Shown: one piece after another, positions 12,840 through 24,460 of the stretch
Position numbering within the stretch: position 1 is the first letter of the stretch
Layout of the letters: every line of letters starts with the position of its first letter
DNA from: Vicugna vicugna
Lineage: Eukaryota
Assembly (NCBI GenBank): GCA_013265495.1
Contig: MU057959.1
Location: 385,202 to 438,688, forward strand
Direction of reading: 5' to 3'
DNA length: 53,487 bases
Translations under genes and position numbers: made by a program
Notes under the pieces: generated by a model
What the model was told of the DNA's origin: nothing
Databases searched by the model: none
Seen by the model: the letters and a program-made list of their open reading frames with translations, nothing else

Positions 12840-13569
12840 TTCTGTGAGTGTCCTTTGCAGTTCGGAGTGTCCCCGTTGAGAATGCCGCCCTGAATGACAC
12901 CTCGACATGTCACCTCCCTGTCTCTCCGTTCCTAGGTACCCCGTGAAAGCAACCTTTACTGCTAAGGGGTTTGAAACGGTTGTGATAACTGTACGCACTT
13001 AAGGCGCCAGCCCTGCGTGCAGAATTTTAAAATCACATCGCGTCTTTCCCCACTGGCTTTCGGGAAAGAGCTGCTGAAGTAGGGGAAACGTTCAAACATG
13101 CAGACGCCTTTCATCCAGCCCCAGCAATCTGCATGATTAAATATAATGGGGTTTTGGCGACGTGTCAGGCAAATGCCAATACAGCTGTGGATTGCTAGTC
13201 AGCTTACCCTCTCCTGGGCACCCCCCTTGGAGACCCCAAGGCATCTACAGCGCTGTTTCTATATAAGGAAGCCATCTGAACTCCTGCTGCTCCTCCAAAT
13301 GGAACTGTTTTATAACCTTTAAAGAGGGTTCTGCTTATGTGGTTGCCTGTGTCATGGAAGCAAACATGCGGATCCTCGAAAACCACCACGGGCTTAGCTT
13401 CTCATGCTCCTTGGCATCCTTTTAAAAATAACCTTTTATCTGGGAAATGTTCTGGAGGATTCACTCTTAACACCATATTCACCATTGTTAACCCTTGTTT
13501 CTCAAAAAAACCCCAAAATTATCCCTACTCCATTGGAGATTTAGATCAATCTGTTTGCACAGGACTCTT

Positions 13570-14385
13570 ATTTTTATTTTTAATTGGTGTATAGTCGATT
13601 TACAATGTGTTACTTTCTGGTGCACAGCATAGCAATATATATACATTCCTTTTCATATTCTTTTTTATTATAGACTATTATAAGGTACTGAATTTAGTTC
13701 CCTGTACTCTACAGTAGGGCCTTGCTGTTTATCTATTTTATATGTAGTAGTGTGTATCTGCTAATCCCAAACTCTGAATTTATCCCTTCCCACTCACTTT
13801 CCGCTTTGGTAACCATAAGTTTGTTTTCTATGTTTGTGAGTCTATTTCTGTTTTGTAAATAAGTTCATTTGTGTCATTTTTTAGATTCCACATATAAGTG
13901 ATATCATGTATTCTTCTGTCTCTTTCTGGCTTACTTCACTTACAATAACATTCTCTAGGAGCATCCATGTTGCTGCAAATGACACTATTTCATTCTTTTT
14001 TATGGCTGAGTAGTATTCCGTTGTATAAATATACCACCTCATCTTTATCCGGTCATCTGTCCATGGCCATTTAGGCTGTTTCCATGTCTTGGCTGTTGTA
14101 AATAGTGCTGCTGTGAACATTGGGGTGCAGGTGTCATTTTGAAGTAGGGTTCCTTCTGGACATATGCCCTGGAGCAGGATTCCTAGGTCATATGGTGAGT
14201 CTATTTCTAGTCTTTTGAGGAATCTCCACACTGTTTTCCACAGTGGCTGCACCAAACTGCATTCCCACCAGCAGTGTAGGAGGGTTCCCCTTTCTCCACA
14301 GCCTCTCCAGCATTTGTCATTTGTGGACTTTTGAGTGATGGCCATTCTGACTGGTGTGAGGTGATACCTCACTGCAGTTTTGATT
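13570..14385 (-). mobile_element. 5'-truncated LINE-1 3' end with an open 163-codon ORF2 C-terminal fragment
   Basis: ORF 13881-14372 ([30 protein letters not shown]) carries the CX3CX7HX4C motif; perfect TSD cacaggactctt at 13558-13569 and 14386-14397. Confidence 0.97.
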
Positions 14386-14779
14386 CACAGGACTCTTTTT
14401 AAAGTTGACTTCTCTTCTCCTGGTTTCAGAGCCCAATTTGTCAAAGTACGGAGTGGAGCAGCTGAGTCTAGACACAGTTTCCCCTTATCACTTGTCTACA
14501 GAATATTGAAAATCAATGGTGTATGTAAAGCTAGGATTTACAAGGCTTTCTTTTTCCCTGTGCCATCTTTAGATGAGGTCCACTAGAGGAAATCCTCAAA
14601 AATACCCCAGAATCATGTGTCAGAGTGAGCCTTGATGGCTGAAGCAGCTGCTTCTACAGACATGTCCTTATTTGCAAATCATCAGAAGTGGTGTTTAAAA
14701 AGTTCTTTTGATGAGAATGATTTATCTAAAGTCTGATATTTTATGAAAGAATTTTTGCAATATTTACTTTGCACCATGT

Positions 14780-15060
14780 GTATAATGCGTGTAATATACA
14801 TAAATATTATACATATATATGCATGTGTGCATGTGTATGCATCTATATACTTTATGTACAGATAGATATGCATTTTATATACATATACACACCTTATATA
14901 TAGCTTTTGTGTGTATATTCTATATAATATATAATTATTCATACATTAATATTATATTTAATATAATATTCAATGTCTGTTAATAGTGTTTATCATGTAC
15001 AATAATTATAACATTCACTAGATAGTGTAATATTTCATATATACTTTAATTATATAATGT
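14780..15060. repeat. AT-rich low-complexity (TA/CA-derived) tract
   Basis: Degenerate tata/taca runs. Confidence 0.8.
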
Positions 15061-15110
15061 CTCCTTCATAGACAAAGTAAAAGCTCAGATAAATCTAAGA
15101 GCTTCACTTT

Positions 15111-15690
15111 TGTTGGGTTCTAAGGAGTTTAGAAATGTTTTCCAGCAAACGTTGACTCTTTTTCCTGATGTTGAATTTGGCCACGCGGCTTGCTTCGGCC
15201 ACGGGGATATTAGCAAGTGCGACACAGGTAAATGTCCTTGCAAAGTGTCTGGGCCACGGGACTGTCTCTTCTTCCTGCCGTTGCTAAGAGAAGCACGTGC
15301 CGGCAGGAGGGCGGGGGCCGGAGGGGTTGGGGGTAAGGGGGAGGGCACAGCTCAGTGGCAGAGCGCGTGCTCAGCGTGCACGAGGTCCTGGGTTCAGTCC
15401 CCAGCCCCTGCGTTTACAAATCAATGAATAAACGAAACGTACGTGTTCAATCCCCAGCCCCTGCGTTTACAAATCAATGAGTAAACGAAATGTGCATGCG
15501 CTTCCCGGTCCACTGCTGTAAGTGGGTCAGAAGCGTGGACCCGTGCTGGAAATGACCCACATCTAGGCCTCAAGCCCGCGGCGAGGGCAGCAGAGCCGCG
15601 GAAAGTGAGTTGGCCATAAACGCCTTCTCTGAAAGGCCGCTCCCCTTTGAGATCGCTTACTGTGCAGCACAGTTACGGACTAAAGGAACA
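15111..15690 (+). mobile_element. MaLR solo LTR, MLT1I/J-like, interrupted by a SINE
   Basis: 'ttggccacgcggcttgcttcggccacggggatattagcaag' corresponds to MLT1 'ttggccatgtgacttgctttggccaatgggatattagcag'; TG...CA ends. Confidence 0.6.
15337..15497 (+). mobile_element. tRNA-Ala-derived SINE with a 53-bp duplication of its 3' half
   Basis: 'ggggagggcacagctcagtggcagagcgcgtgctcagcgtgcacgaggtcctgggttc'; repeat copies at 15392-15444 and 15445-15497. Confidence 0.92.
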
Positions 15691-15699
15691 GGTTCCCCC

Positions 15700-16095
15700 G
15701 GCTTCTCGGGGGCTGAAGCCCTGCCCCCTAGCGGGGTGGTGTTTGGCAGGTGGCTGGGGTGGGGGAGGCCGTGCGGATGGATCGGGACGGCAGGTGAGCT
15801 GGCTTCCGCGAAGCTGTCCCCGGACGTGTCTGCAGGGCCAGTGCTGCGTCCCTGAGGCCACCTCCCCCAGTCCGTGCACGTCCTGTGCGCAGAGGGGCCC
15901 GGCCCGGGGCGGGGCGCCGGCAGGGCGCGCGGACCCCGGCAGGGCGCACGGCCCCGGGCCCCGGGCACCGGCGCGGAGGCGCAGAGGCGCAGGCCTGTGC
16001 GGCTCCTTCCGGGCTGAAGCCGAAGCCCGCGTGTGCTTTCCCGGTGACCCGTGCTCGAGGTGCGCTCCCACCTCCTCTCACCTCCCCCGGGAGAG
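15700..16095. promoter_or_regulatory. CpG-island-like GC-rich patch (orphan)
   Basis: Very GC- and CpG-dense core at 15890-16035 in an AT-rich background; GC box ggggcggggc at 15906-15915. Confidence 0.6.
15721..15734 (-). promoter_or_regulatory. Candidate CTCF core motif
   Basis: Reverse complement CCGCTAGGGGGCAG matches the CTCF core consensus; binding cannot be shown from sequence alone. Confidence 0.55.
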
Positions 16096-16272
16096 CAGGC
16101 TGGCTGTGCTTGAAACAAACGTCCCTCTCCATCGCCAAGAATGCAGGCGTATTTCTTTCCTTTTGTCAATTAAGCTTGCCAAAAATTTAGGACAAGTTCT
16201 GTGCTGAAGCAGATGGACAAGCAAACGAAATTAAATTTTTTTTTTCAGAAAAATAAAAAGAATGCAGATATA

Positions 16273-16398
16273 GCAGTGAGAGCATAGCTCAAGTGGCGTG
16301 GCGGAGCGCACGCTTAGCGCTCATGGAGGTCCTAGATTCAATCCCCATTACCGCCTCTAAAAATAAACCTAATTACCTCCCCCTGCAAAAAAAAAAAA
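16273..16398 (+). mobile_element. tRNA-Ala-derived SINE (Vic-1 type)
   Basis: 'catagctcaagtgg..gcttagc..gaggtcctagattcaatcccc', then 'aataaacctaattacctcccccc' and poly-A; TSD aatgcaga(ta/cc)ta at 16261-16272 and 16399-16410. Confidence 0.9.
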
Positions 16399-17789
16399 AA
16401 TGCAGACCTATTTTTAGGGCTTAAACTTCAAAAATATTTTGATTTTAAAAAATGGCATAGAATTGTTTACTTACCTTTATCCAAACAATAGATGGACCTT
16501 TAATGAAGAGATGAGGTGAAGTGAGAAAAATGTATGCAACAGTTTTAGAAGACATCAAATTATTAAGTGACACTGAAGTAAAGATTACATTTAAAACCAT
16601 AAAATTATTTTATCGTTGTAAATTTGATAATTTATAAATTTGCTTTATGTATATCCAAACTTCATTTGAAATCACGTATAAATAAATGTGCCTCCCTCAT
16701 TTTAAAAATTTACTTGAACTCAGTGGGCCCTGCAGAAAAACAAGACATCAGGAAAACATAATTAAGTAAATTTAGTTTCTGAATTCTGAATACTTAAAAG
16801 TTGCTTCAAGGGTTTTCACCCGTATCCTATGCATTTAAAACCCTCATTTGCCAAAGCAACTCATCTCTAGTTCAATTTAAATTTTGCAATGAAATGCTCT
16901 TCTCTTGGTCACATGGGAGTAATAATTCTCTAATTCCTTTGTGCCGATTCTGATAATACCATGAGTCAGACTGGACTTTTAAAGGAGTCATGCAGTTGAG
17001 AGGATGTGCCAGCATTCATTCAGCCTCCCAGAAAATATCTCCCATACGTAGGCTGAATTAATAATAACAATGCTATTAATTTTATTATTGAAATTGTTGT
17101 CAGATGCATTTAAATTAGCTCTGCTCCTCTGCATCCGGTGTTAGCCATACAGATAAGGAAGGCAGAGAAGACTAAACACCCCTGGGGGAAACAGTAACTC
17201 AGTGGGGAGAAAATAAATCAGTAGAAGCAGAAATGAATGAAACACATGGAATTGTTTCACATGAATTGGTTCGGTTGAGCATTATGCATCACCACAGGAG
17301 CCAGTTCACCCCTGGCCAGGGCAGGTCCACTCTTCCTTGGAGGTGTCAGCAGCTTTGTACCTGTTTCACTGGCTGTAGGTGTCCATTCGATCAAGCAAAA
17401 TGACCTTTTATTACATCCCTGTCCAATACCGTGCACTTATCCTGCAAGGAGAGCCCACAGACTCAGTAAGACCCAGGAGAAGCGCTGAGCTCAAAAAACA
17501 TGGAAGGCGCCCCCTTCGCCCGTCAGTCAGTCCGTCCTAAGTTACTGACTGACGACAGAGTGGGCCACTGTGTCATCCACACAGGTGGGCGCTTCCTCAC
17601 AGCTCTCTTTCCTAGAGCAGCTTGTGCTGTCACCCGGCAAACAGACACGGGCAATTAAATTCACAGACACACAGTCAGGAAATTCAGAGAGCTTCAGAGG
17701 CACGATTAGGGTGGAGGACGGGGGATTGGTGTACGGGGCAGGGGGTTTCTAGTTTGATAACGTACTTGCAACACACCTGTACAATTTTG

Positions 17790-17918
17790 GTAGAAACTGA
17801 ATCCTGGAAGGGGACATTAAACCTGAGATCCCTACAACTTGAAGGATTCAGTTATTCCGAGAGCAGCGGGAAAAGCATACCAGGGCCTGGAACAGCATAT
17901 GCAAAGTCAGAAGGGCCG
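17790..17918 (-). mobile_element. L2 LINE fragment
   Basis: 'ggggacattaaacctgagat...aaaagcataccagggcctggaacagcatatgcaaag' resembles the antisense L2 3' region. Confidence 0.5.
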
Positions 17919-17982
17919 GGATGACCCCTGCCTGCTAATGAATTAACAGAGAGACTGGAAACTCTGGAAATAGATGCATTCA

Positions 17983-18137
17983 TTATTATTTTATTTTACT
18001 ATTATTATTTTTAATTGAAGTACAGTCAGTTACAATGTGTCCATCTCTGGTGTACAGCACAGTGTCCCAGTCATGCATGCACATACATACATATATTTGT
18101 TTTCATATTCTTTTCCATGAAAGGTTATCGCCAGAGC
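17983..18137 (-). mobile_element. Very short LINE-1 3' tip
   Basis: Matches the reverse complement of the 3' tip at 20040-20160; perfect TSD agatgcattca at 17972-17982 and 18138-18148. Confidence 0.93.
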
Positions 18138-18239
18138 AGATGCATTCAGAGTAAAGAGGCTTTGAGTAAAGCAAGAGATTGACTTGAAACGATTGTGGGA
18201 AAGATGCTTCATTCTGGACTTATATCTGCAAGATATACC

Positions 18240-18389
18240 TTATTATATATCAGTGAATTAGTTGTATGTGTGTGAATTAATTAAATTAAACTAAATTAAT
18301 TAAATTAAATTTTAACTTATTGTTTATTATATGGATTAGTTATAAGTGTGTGAATTAATTAAACTAAATTAACTAAATTAAAATTTTAA
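18240..18389. repeat. AT-rich tandem duplication, ~78-bp period
   Basis: 'tg(a/g)attagtt..ta.gtgtgtgaattaattaaa' at 18254 and 18332. Confidence 0.8.
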
Positions 18390-19517
18390 AAACAGGGGGA
18401 TTAATTAGCAGATGGATTAAAGTGGATTCTTTTTTAGGGCAGAGCATTTTGCAAAGTGTAAGTAAAATTGGTGATGCCACCAGATAGCTATACCTCCTTG
18501 TCATGTTTTAAAATAAGAGTAAATTTTGCTCCAATATTAATGTCTCTCCTTACATTCTTCCAATGTGGTTATTGACTTCGTGGTCGTGGCCCCTTGGTTC
18601 TTTAGATGCTCTGTAGACCCACAAAAGGTGAGTGTGTGTTAGCTGGCATCTCTGCAACCAGGTGAGAAACACCTGCTTGGTAAAACAAAACCCACATGTG
18701 CTCCAAGTTGAATTCACGCGTTGGACATAAGAGAGTAGAATTGTCATGCAGAGTTCCAGGCACCCCGTCAGCTGCCATTGAACTATTTTTAATGCCGTGG
18801 ATGTAGTCACCAAGTTACTTCTGTTTACGTATTTTTACACCATGGCATGTTTAGATCTTGTGATTTAATACACTTGTGAGATGCATTTGCATGGCTGTAG
18901 GTAACAGCGTTCTTTTATACCCAGCCCCATTAGCTCTTCAATCACATTTACTTCTGACACACCAATCATTTTAACCCTAACACCCTTTGTGTCCCTCACA
19001 TGACCTCACTCTCAGAAGGGCTTACTGACTGATTATTCAATAACACATACACCTGACCTCTCTTACAGGCTCTGGTTTTTAAAACTTACATGATACTGCC
19101 AGACCCTGTTCTGTTTAATTTCCTCATGTTGTCTCTTCACCGACCTGATCTAAGCATCTCGTCTGCATTTTACAAGCTGGAGAAGTGTAGCTCCAAAGGC
19201 GGAGCCATCTCCCCAGATTTAGGATGGCTATTTGAACCCAAACAATCTAATTCCATGTCAGGGTCTAGAGTCTGAGAGTCGAAAACTGAAGCACAGAGCT
19301 ACAGTTTAGAACCAGTGGGTTCTAAAGAATATGTGAGTGTTATATAAGCATTTTGAGTTCCCTTTAGAGCAGTGTATCCCCCATGTTTATTTGACATAAT
19401 TTAATAATACAAGTAGAAATATTGATGTGCACATATTACACATTTACGTAGAATCATTCAGTTTTCAAATTATAATATATTATAAATAAAGTAAATGCAC
19501 GTTTTGCATAAAAATGC

Positions 19518-20193
19518 ATGTCCCTAGCAGTCCCACTCCTGGGCGTATATCCAGAAGGAACCCTACTTCAAAATGACACCTGCACCCCAGTGTTCATAGC
19601 AGCACTATTTACCATAGCCAAGGCATGGAAACAGCCTAAATGTCCATCAACAGATAACTGGATAAATAAGATGTGGTGTATTTACACAATGGAATACTAC
19701 TCAGCCATAAAAAGAACAAAATAATGCCATTTGCAGCAACATGAATGGACCTAGAGATCATCACTCTAAGTGAAGTAAGCCAGAAAGGCAAAGAAATAAT
19801 ACCATATGAGATCATTCATATTTGGAATCTAAAAAAAAAAAAAAGAAAAAAGAGGACACTAATGAGCTCATCTACAAAACAGAAACAGACTCACAGACAT
19901 AGTAAACAGTCATACTGGGGTAAAGAGGGTGAGAAGGGATAAATTTGGGAGTTTTAGATTGGCAAAGGTTAACCACTATATATAAAAATAAACTAAAAAA
20001 ACAAATTTCTTCTGTACAGCACAGGGAACTATATTCAATATCTTGGAATAACCTTTAATGAAAAACAATATGAAAACAAATATACGTATGTATATGCATG
20101 ACTGGGACGCTGTGCTGTACAGCAGAAATTGGCACATTGTAACTGACTATATACTTCAATTTAAAAAAAGAAAAAACTAAAAAAGAAAAAAAA
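19518..20193 (+). mobile_element. 5'-truncated LINE-1 3' end
   Basis: ORFs 19518-19724 and 19745-19942 are a frameshifted ORF2 C-terminus; A-rich tail; no clear TSD. Confidence 0.95.
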
Positions 20194-21727
20194 CAAGTTC
20201 CTGCGTCCAGAACTTTATCATATAAACACTTAAATGACTGTAGTTTAGATGAATTTACAGAATCTTCAATCGCGGTTACTGTAATGGTGACAACAGTCCC
20301 TTTCGTTTTTGCACCTAAAACCCGTGCTAAAGAAACTAACACTAAAAGACAACTATGTTTCAGATGCCGAATGCTTATAACTTCCCTCTTCCTTTAAATT
20401 ATTTTCAATTTCTTAGGCTTCTCTTTTCTCATGTACTTGGTTGCTTTGCCTCAGTTTTGGTCTTTCTTATCACAGGGCAGGTTTCTCCGGCAGATTCCTT
20501 GATTATCTGCAGGGCTGAATACGACCCCGAGCTCTGTGAAGCCATGCTCAGATCTTTTCTCAAAGTTCCTTGTTCTATTCCACACGTCTCTTAACTATCA
20601 ACATGTTGATGGAAACACATGATACGTTGTGACTCGCTAACTACCCCAGCCACCAAAAATAAATTGTTTGCAGATTATTTCCAGTAAGTTCTATGCTCAC
20701 CTGCATGCAACATGAATTTGATTCTAAAATGTACTGGAAGGCTGTTTTTCGGCTTTCACAAAATATTTCTGCAGCTGGGCTCTCTCTGAAGAAAACCTGT
20801 CCAATGTTGACATGCCACTTGCGTCTCTGGATGTATCCAGAGAAACCTTTTCTAAAATCGCTTCCTATGAAAAGCCTTCATCTAAAGTTATTCTGCAGTT
20901 GTAACCTTTTTGTACACGGAATATTTGAAGTGAGATCACGTCTGTGGAAAGTTTACCCCGGAACAAATACGTTTGAATGGATGAATGAAACAATTCTTGC
21001 AGAAAAGAGAAAATAATCCGATATAGTGCTGTATCCCTTATAGACGTGTTCCGACCTGCTCTGGGATGTCTCTAGCAGAAATAACAGAACTTGGTGCCGG
21101 TGTGACTTCCCAAAGGGTTCAGCTAGACACATAACGGATACAAATAAGCATACTTTAGATGTGTTTATATATCAAGAGATATATTTCCTGTCGAAGTTAA
21201 ATAAATCTCCTCTTGCAAAATAAGGTCCACATAATCCTTAAAAATAACAAAAGATTGAGTGGCTTACATCAGACACCCCTGTACCCACAGTTCCCTCCCC
21301 GGAACACAACACACGCACTTGTTGGCTATTTATTGCCCGTCTGTGTGCATTCTTGGCGAGCAAGATGTAACAATTGATGGCCATAAATGAATTTTTCCCA
21401 TGAGGTACCCCCTTGGGGTAAGGAAGACACTGTGCATAGTCATTCAAAGGCCATCTTTCCCACCTTCCCTCTCTCTCTCTGGCACGTTCTCCAAACCAGC
21501 ACTTCCAAAAAAGTCCTCCTGTATCAATCCAGCCTCCCCCGGGCCCCACACCACCACACCAGCCCTGTCAGCCCCAGATAGAACAGCACAAAGCTCTCTC
21601 TTGTTTCTGCATCCAAGAGACAGCAGTGAGGAGAAAGGGTCTCCCTGCCAGCTCCCTCTTGTTTCTGTCTGCTTATCTCCTGGCAAAGCTGTGTCCACTC
21701 AAAACAGGTTCCTCAAGTTCTGCAGCC

Positions 21728-22926
21728 TTTTTTGTTTTTTTCTCGTTGAAGTAGCGTTGATTTATAATGTTAGTTTCAGGTGTACAGCAGAGCAATTCAG
21801 TTATACATAAATATACATATATATCCTTTTCCAGATTCTTTTCCATTACAGATTATCACACGATAAATTCCCTGTGCTGTACAGTAGGACTCTGTTGTTT
21901 ATCTATTTTGTATATAGTAATTTGTATCTGCGAATCTCAAACTCCTGATTTATCCCTCACCCACCTCCTTTCCCCTCTGGTAACCATCCGTTTGTTTTCT
22001 GTGTCTGTGAGTCTGTGTCTGTTGTAAATAAGTTCATTTCTATCACTTTTTAGCTTCCACATGCAAGTGATATTATGTGATATTTGTCTTTCTCTTCCTG
22101 ACTTATTTCTCTTAGTATGATCATCTCTAGGTCCATCCGTGTTGGTACAAATGGCATTATTTCATTCTTTTTAATGGCTAAGTAGTATTCCATTGTATAA
22201 ATATACCACCTCCTCTTTATCTAGTCATCTGTTGATGTACATTTAGGCTGTTTCCATGTCTTGGCTATTGTAAATAGTGCTGCTATGAACATTGGGGTGC
22301 AGGTGTCTTTTCAAATTAGAGTTTGCTCCAGATATATACCCAGGAGCGGGATCCCTGGGTCATATGGTAAGTCTATCCCTAGTCTTTTGAGGAATCTCCA
22401 TACTGTTTTCCACAGTGGCTGCACCAACCTGCATTCCCACCAGCAGTGTAGGAGGGTTCCCCTTTCTCCACAGCCTCTCCAGCATTTGTCATTTGTGACC
22501 AGCAGAGTAGGAGGGTCCCCTTTTTCTCCACAGCCTCTCCAGCATTTGCCATTTATGGACTTTTGAATGATGGCCATTCTGCCTCATGTGAAGTGATACC
22601 TCCTTGTAGTTTTGATTTGCATTTCTCTGCTAATTAGTGATATGGAGCATTTTTTCATGTGCCTATTGGTCACTTGTATGGCTTCATTGGAGAATTGCTC
22701 CTTTAGGTGTTCTGCCCATTTTTGGATTGGGTTGTTTGGGTTTTTTTTAAATTATTATTAAGTCGTATGAGCTGTTTGTATATTCTGAAAATCAAGCCTT
22801 TGTCAGTTTCATCTTTTGCAAAAATTTTCTCCCGTTCCGTAGGTTGTTGTTTTGCTTATGGTTTCCTTTGCTGTACAAAAGCTTGTAAATTTAATTAGGT
22901 CCCATTTGCTCATTTTTGCTTTTATC
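21728..22926 (-). mobile_element. 5'-truncated LINE-1 (~1.2 kb) with an internal 60-bp duplication
   Basis: ORF 22311-22577 contains KCWRGCGE twice; typical 3'UTR and T-tail. Confidence 0.96.
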
Positions 22927-23154
22927 TAATTAGTTCTTTTAATTACTCCATTGACAGTTAATCTGTCAGGGAGGGGATTAGTTACCCGGTCCACGGTGAG
23001 GAGAGCCGAGTAGAAAGCTAAGTCAGAGCGAGGGGCGAGGCTAGTCACCGACCCACTGAGGCGTGTTGCAGTGTGTTAACATCCGCACGCCTGAATATTT
23101 GTTCAGACCATGAGGCAGGAATCTAATGCAGAAAATGGGTACCGGATGTTTTCA

Positions 23155-23289
23155 GAGCCGTGCTTAAGAACGATCACGTCTAGGGACCCCCCGGGCACCT
23201 TGTTAGTGGCAGGTTCTGACCTGGTGGGTCGTGGGAGGCAGCTCATAGGTTGTTCAGTGTTGCTGAGCCCCACGCTTTGAGAAGTTCCA
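23155..23289. mobile_element. MER5A-like hAT-Charlie fragment
   Basis: 'caccttgttag..ttctgacctggtgggtc..ccacgctttgagaa' loosely follows the MER5A consensus. Confidence 0.4.
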
Positions 23290-23954
23290 GAGTAGAGGAC
23301 GCTTATTCAAGACACTCGTGCCTTTCAAAACTACAATTTCTTTGACGGTGACTATCCCCTCGTCTCCCCCCACTACATTACAGAAAGATGAATTTACTAG
23401 CATGTGTTCCTTGAAAACATACACAATACAAACATCTCAGTCTGTCTCTTGCTCTGCACATTAACAAGGAGGCTGTTTTTCCAAAAAAACGTCTGAAGCA
23501 GTGGACGCTGGGAATAATCATGGGAGGGAAAGCAGAATCAGGTTAAAAAAAAAAATCAGACTGCTCAGCAGCTCTCTTCAAACCCTCCGGGGACAATCAC
23601 CATAAGGTTTCTCCGTTTACAGTTAGGAATCAGGTCAGAGTGCCCCTCAAGCACATCACCGAGATGCCTTTGTGATCATCTCCCTCCGTCTCTGCCACAG
23701 GGGGTTTAAAATGCTCTTATTTTCTCTGGTGTCAAAAGAAGCGGCCTTCTGACATTGCTTCTTGAAGAAAGAAACGCCCAGCATTCACTAGGACACATTT
23801 TAGCGGGGCAGGAGAGAGCGACTGAATTTAATAGTGGAAACTGAGAGGGAGCTTCCATCAGTACTTTGTCAAAGTATATAAAAATAACAGCACAGGGCAA
23901 AGAGCCAACATTTTATAAAGCTTCAAGCGGAGTATCATCTACAAAGCACGGAAT

Positions 23955-24060
23955 CACCACGTTGTACACTGGAAACTAATCTCGTGTCGTAAATCAGTTA
24001 TGCTTCAATTTAAGTAATAATTGAAAAAAATAAAAAAACAGCAAAGTAAAGAAGAAAAAA
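23955..24060 (+). mobile_element. LINE-1 extreme 3' tip
   Basis: 'tgtacactggaaactaat..gtaaatcagttatgcttcaatt' followed by an A-rich tail. Confidence 0.75.
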
Positions 24061-24167
24061 GTGTATAAAATAGTAGTATGGAAGAAGAAACATTAAATTA
24101 TGTATTTTCTTTAATAATTGAATATTAATATACAAAATTATGGAATAGGGCATTTGAGTCAAAACTG

Positions 24168-24460
24168 GATCTATATATATCATCTCTTTCTACCCATCCA
24201 TCCATCCGTCCGTCCGTCCATCCATCCACCCATCCATCCATCCATCTATCCATCAGTCGATCCGTCCATCCATCCACCCATCCATCTGTCTATCCATCCA
24301 TCCATCCACCTGTCCATCCATCCACCCACTCACTCATCTATCCATCCATCCATCCATCCATCTATCCATCCATCTAATCTATCTATCTATCTACCTACCT
24401 ACCTACCTATCTATCTACCTATCTACCTATATATCATCTATATCTATGTCTCTCTCTATA
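24168..24460. repeat. Compound (CCAT/CTAT/CTAC)n microsatellite
   Basis: Visible tetranucleotide runs; source of the PSIH-rich ORF 24118-24471. Confidence 0.95.

Noticed and set aside
13881..14372. 163-aa ORF as a functional CDS
   Set aside because: It is the C-terminal fragment of L1 ORF2 in an ~0.8-kb 5'-truncated copy bounded by TSDs, with no promoter, endonuclease or RT domain.
15610..16207. Overlapping 81-186 aa ORFs on both strands
   Set aside because: Stop-codon depletion from extreme GC content; Arg/Gly/Pro/Ala-rich with no recognisable domain.
19160..19270. MIR fragments (also ~24670-24740, ~36145-36360)
   Set aside because: Similarity to the MIR core is too short and degraded to support without a profile search.
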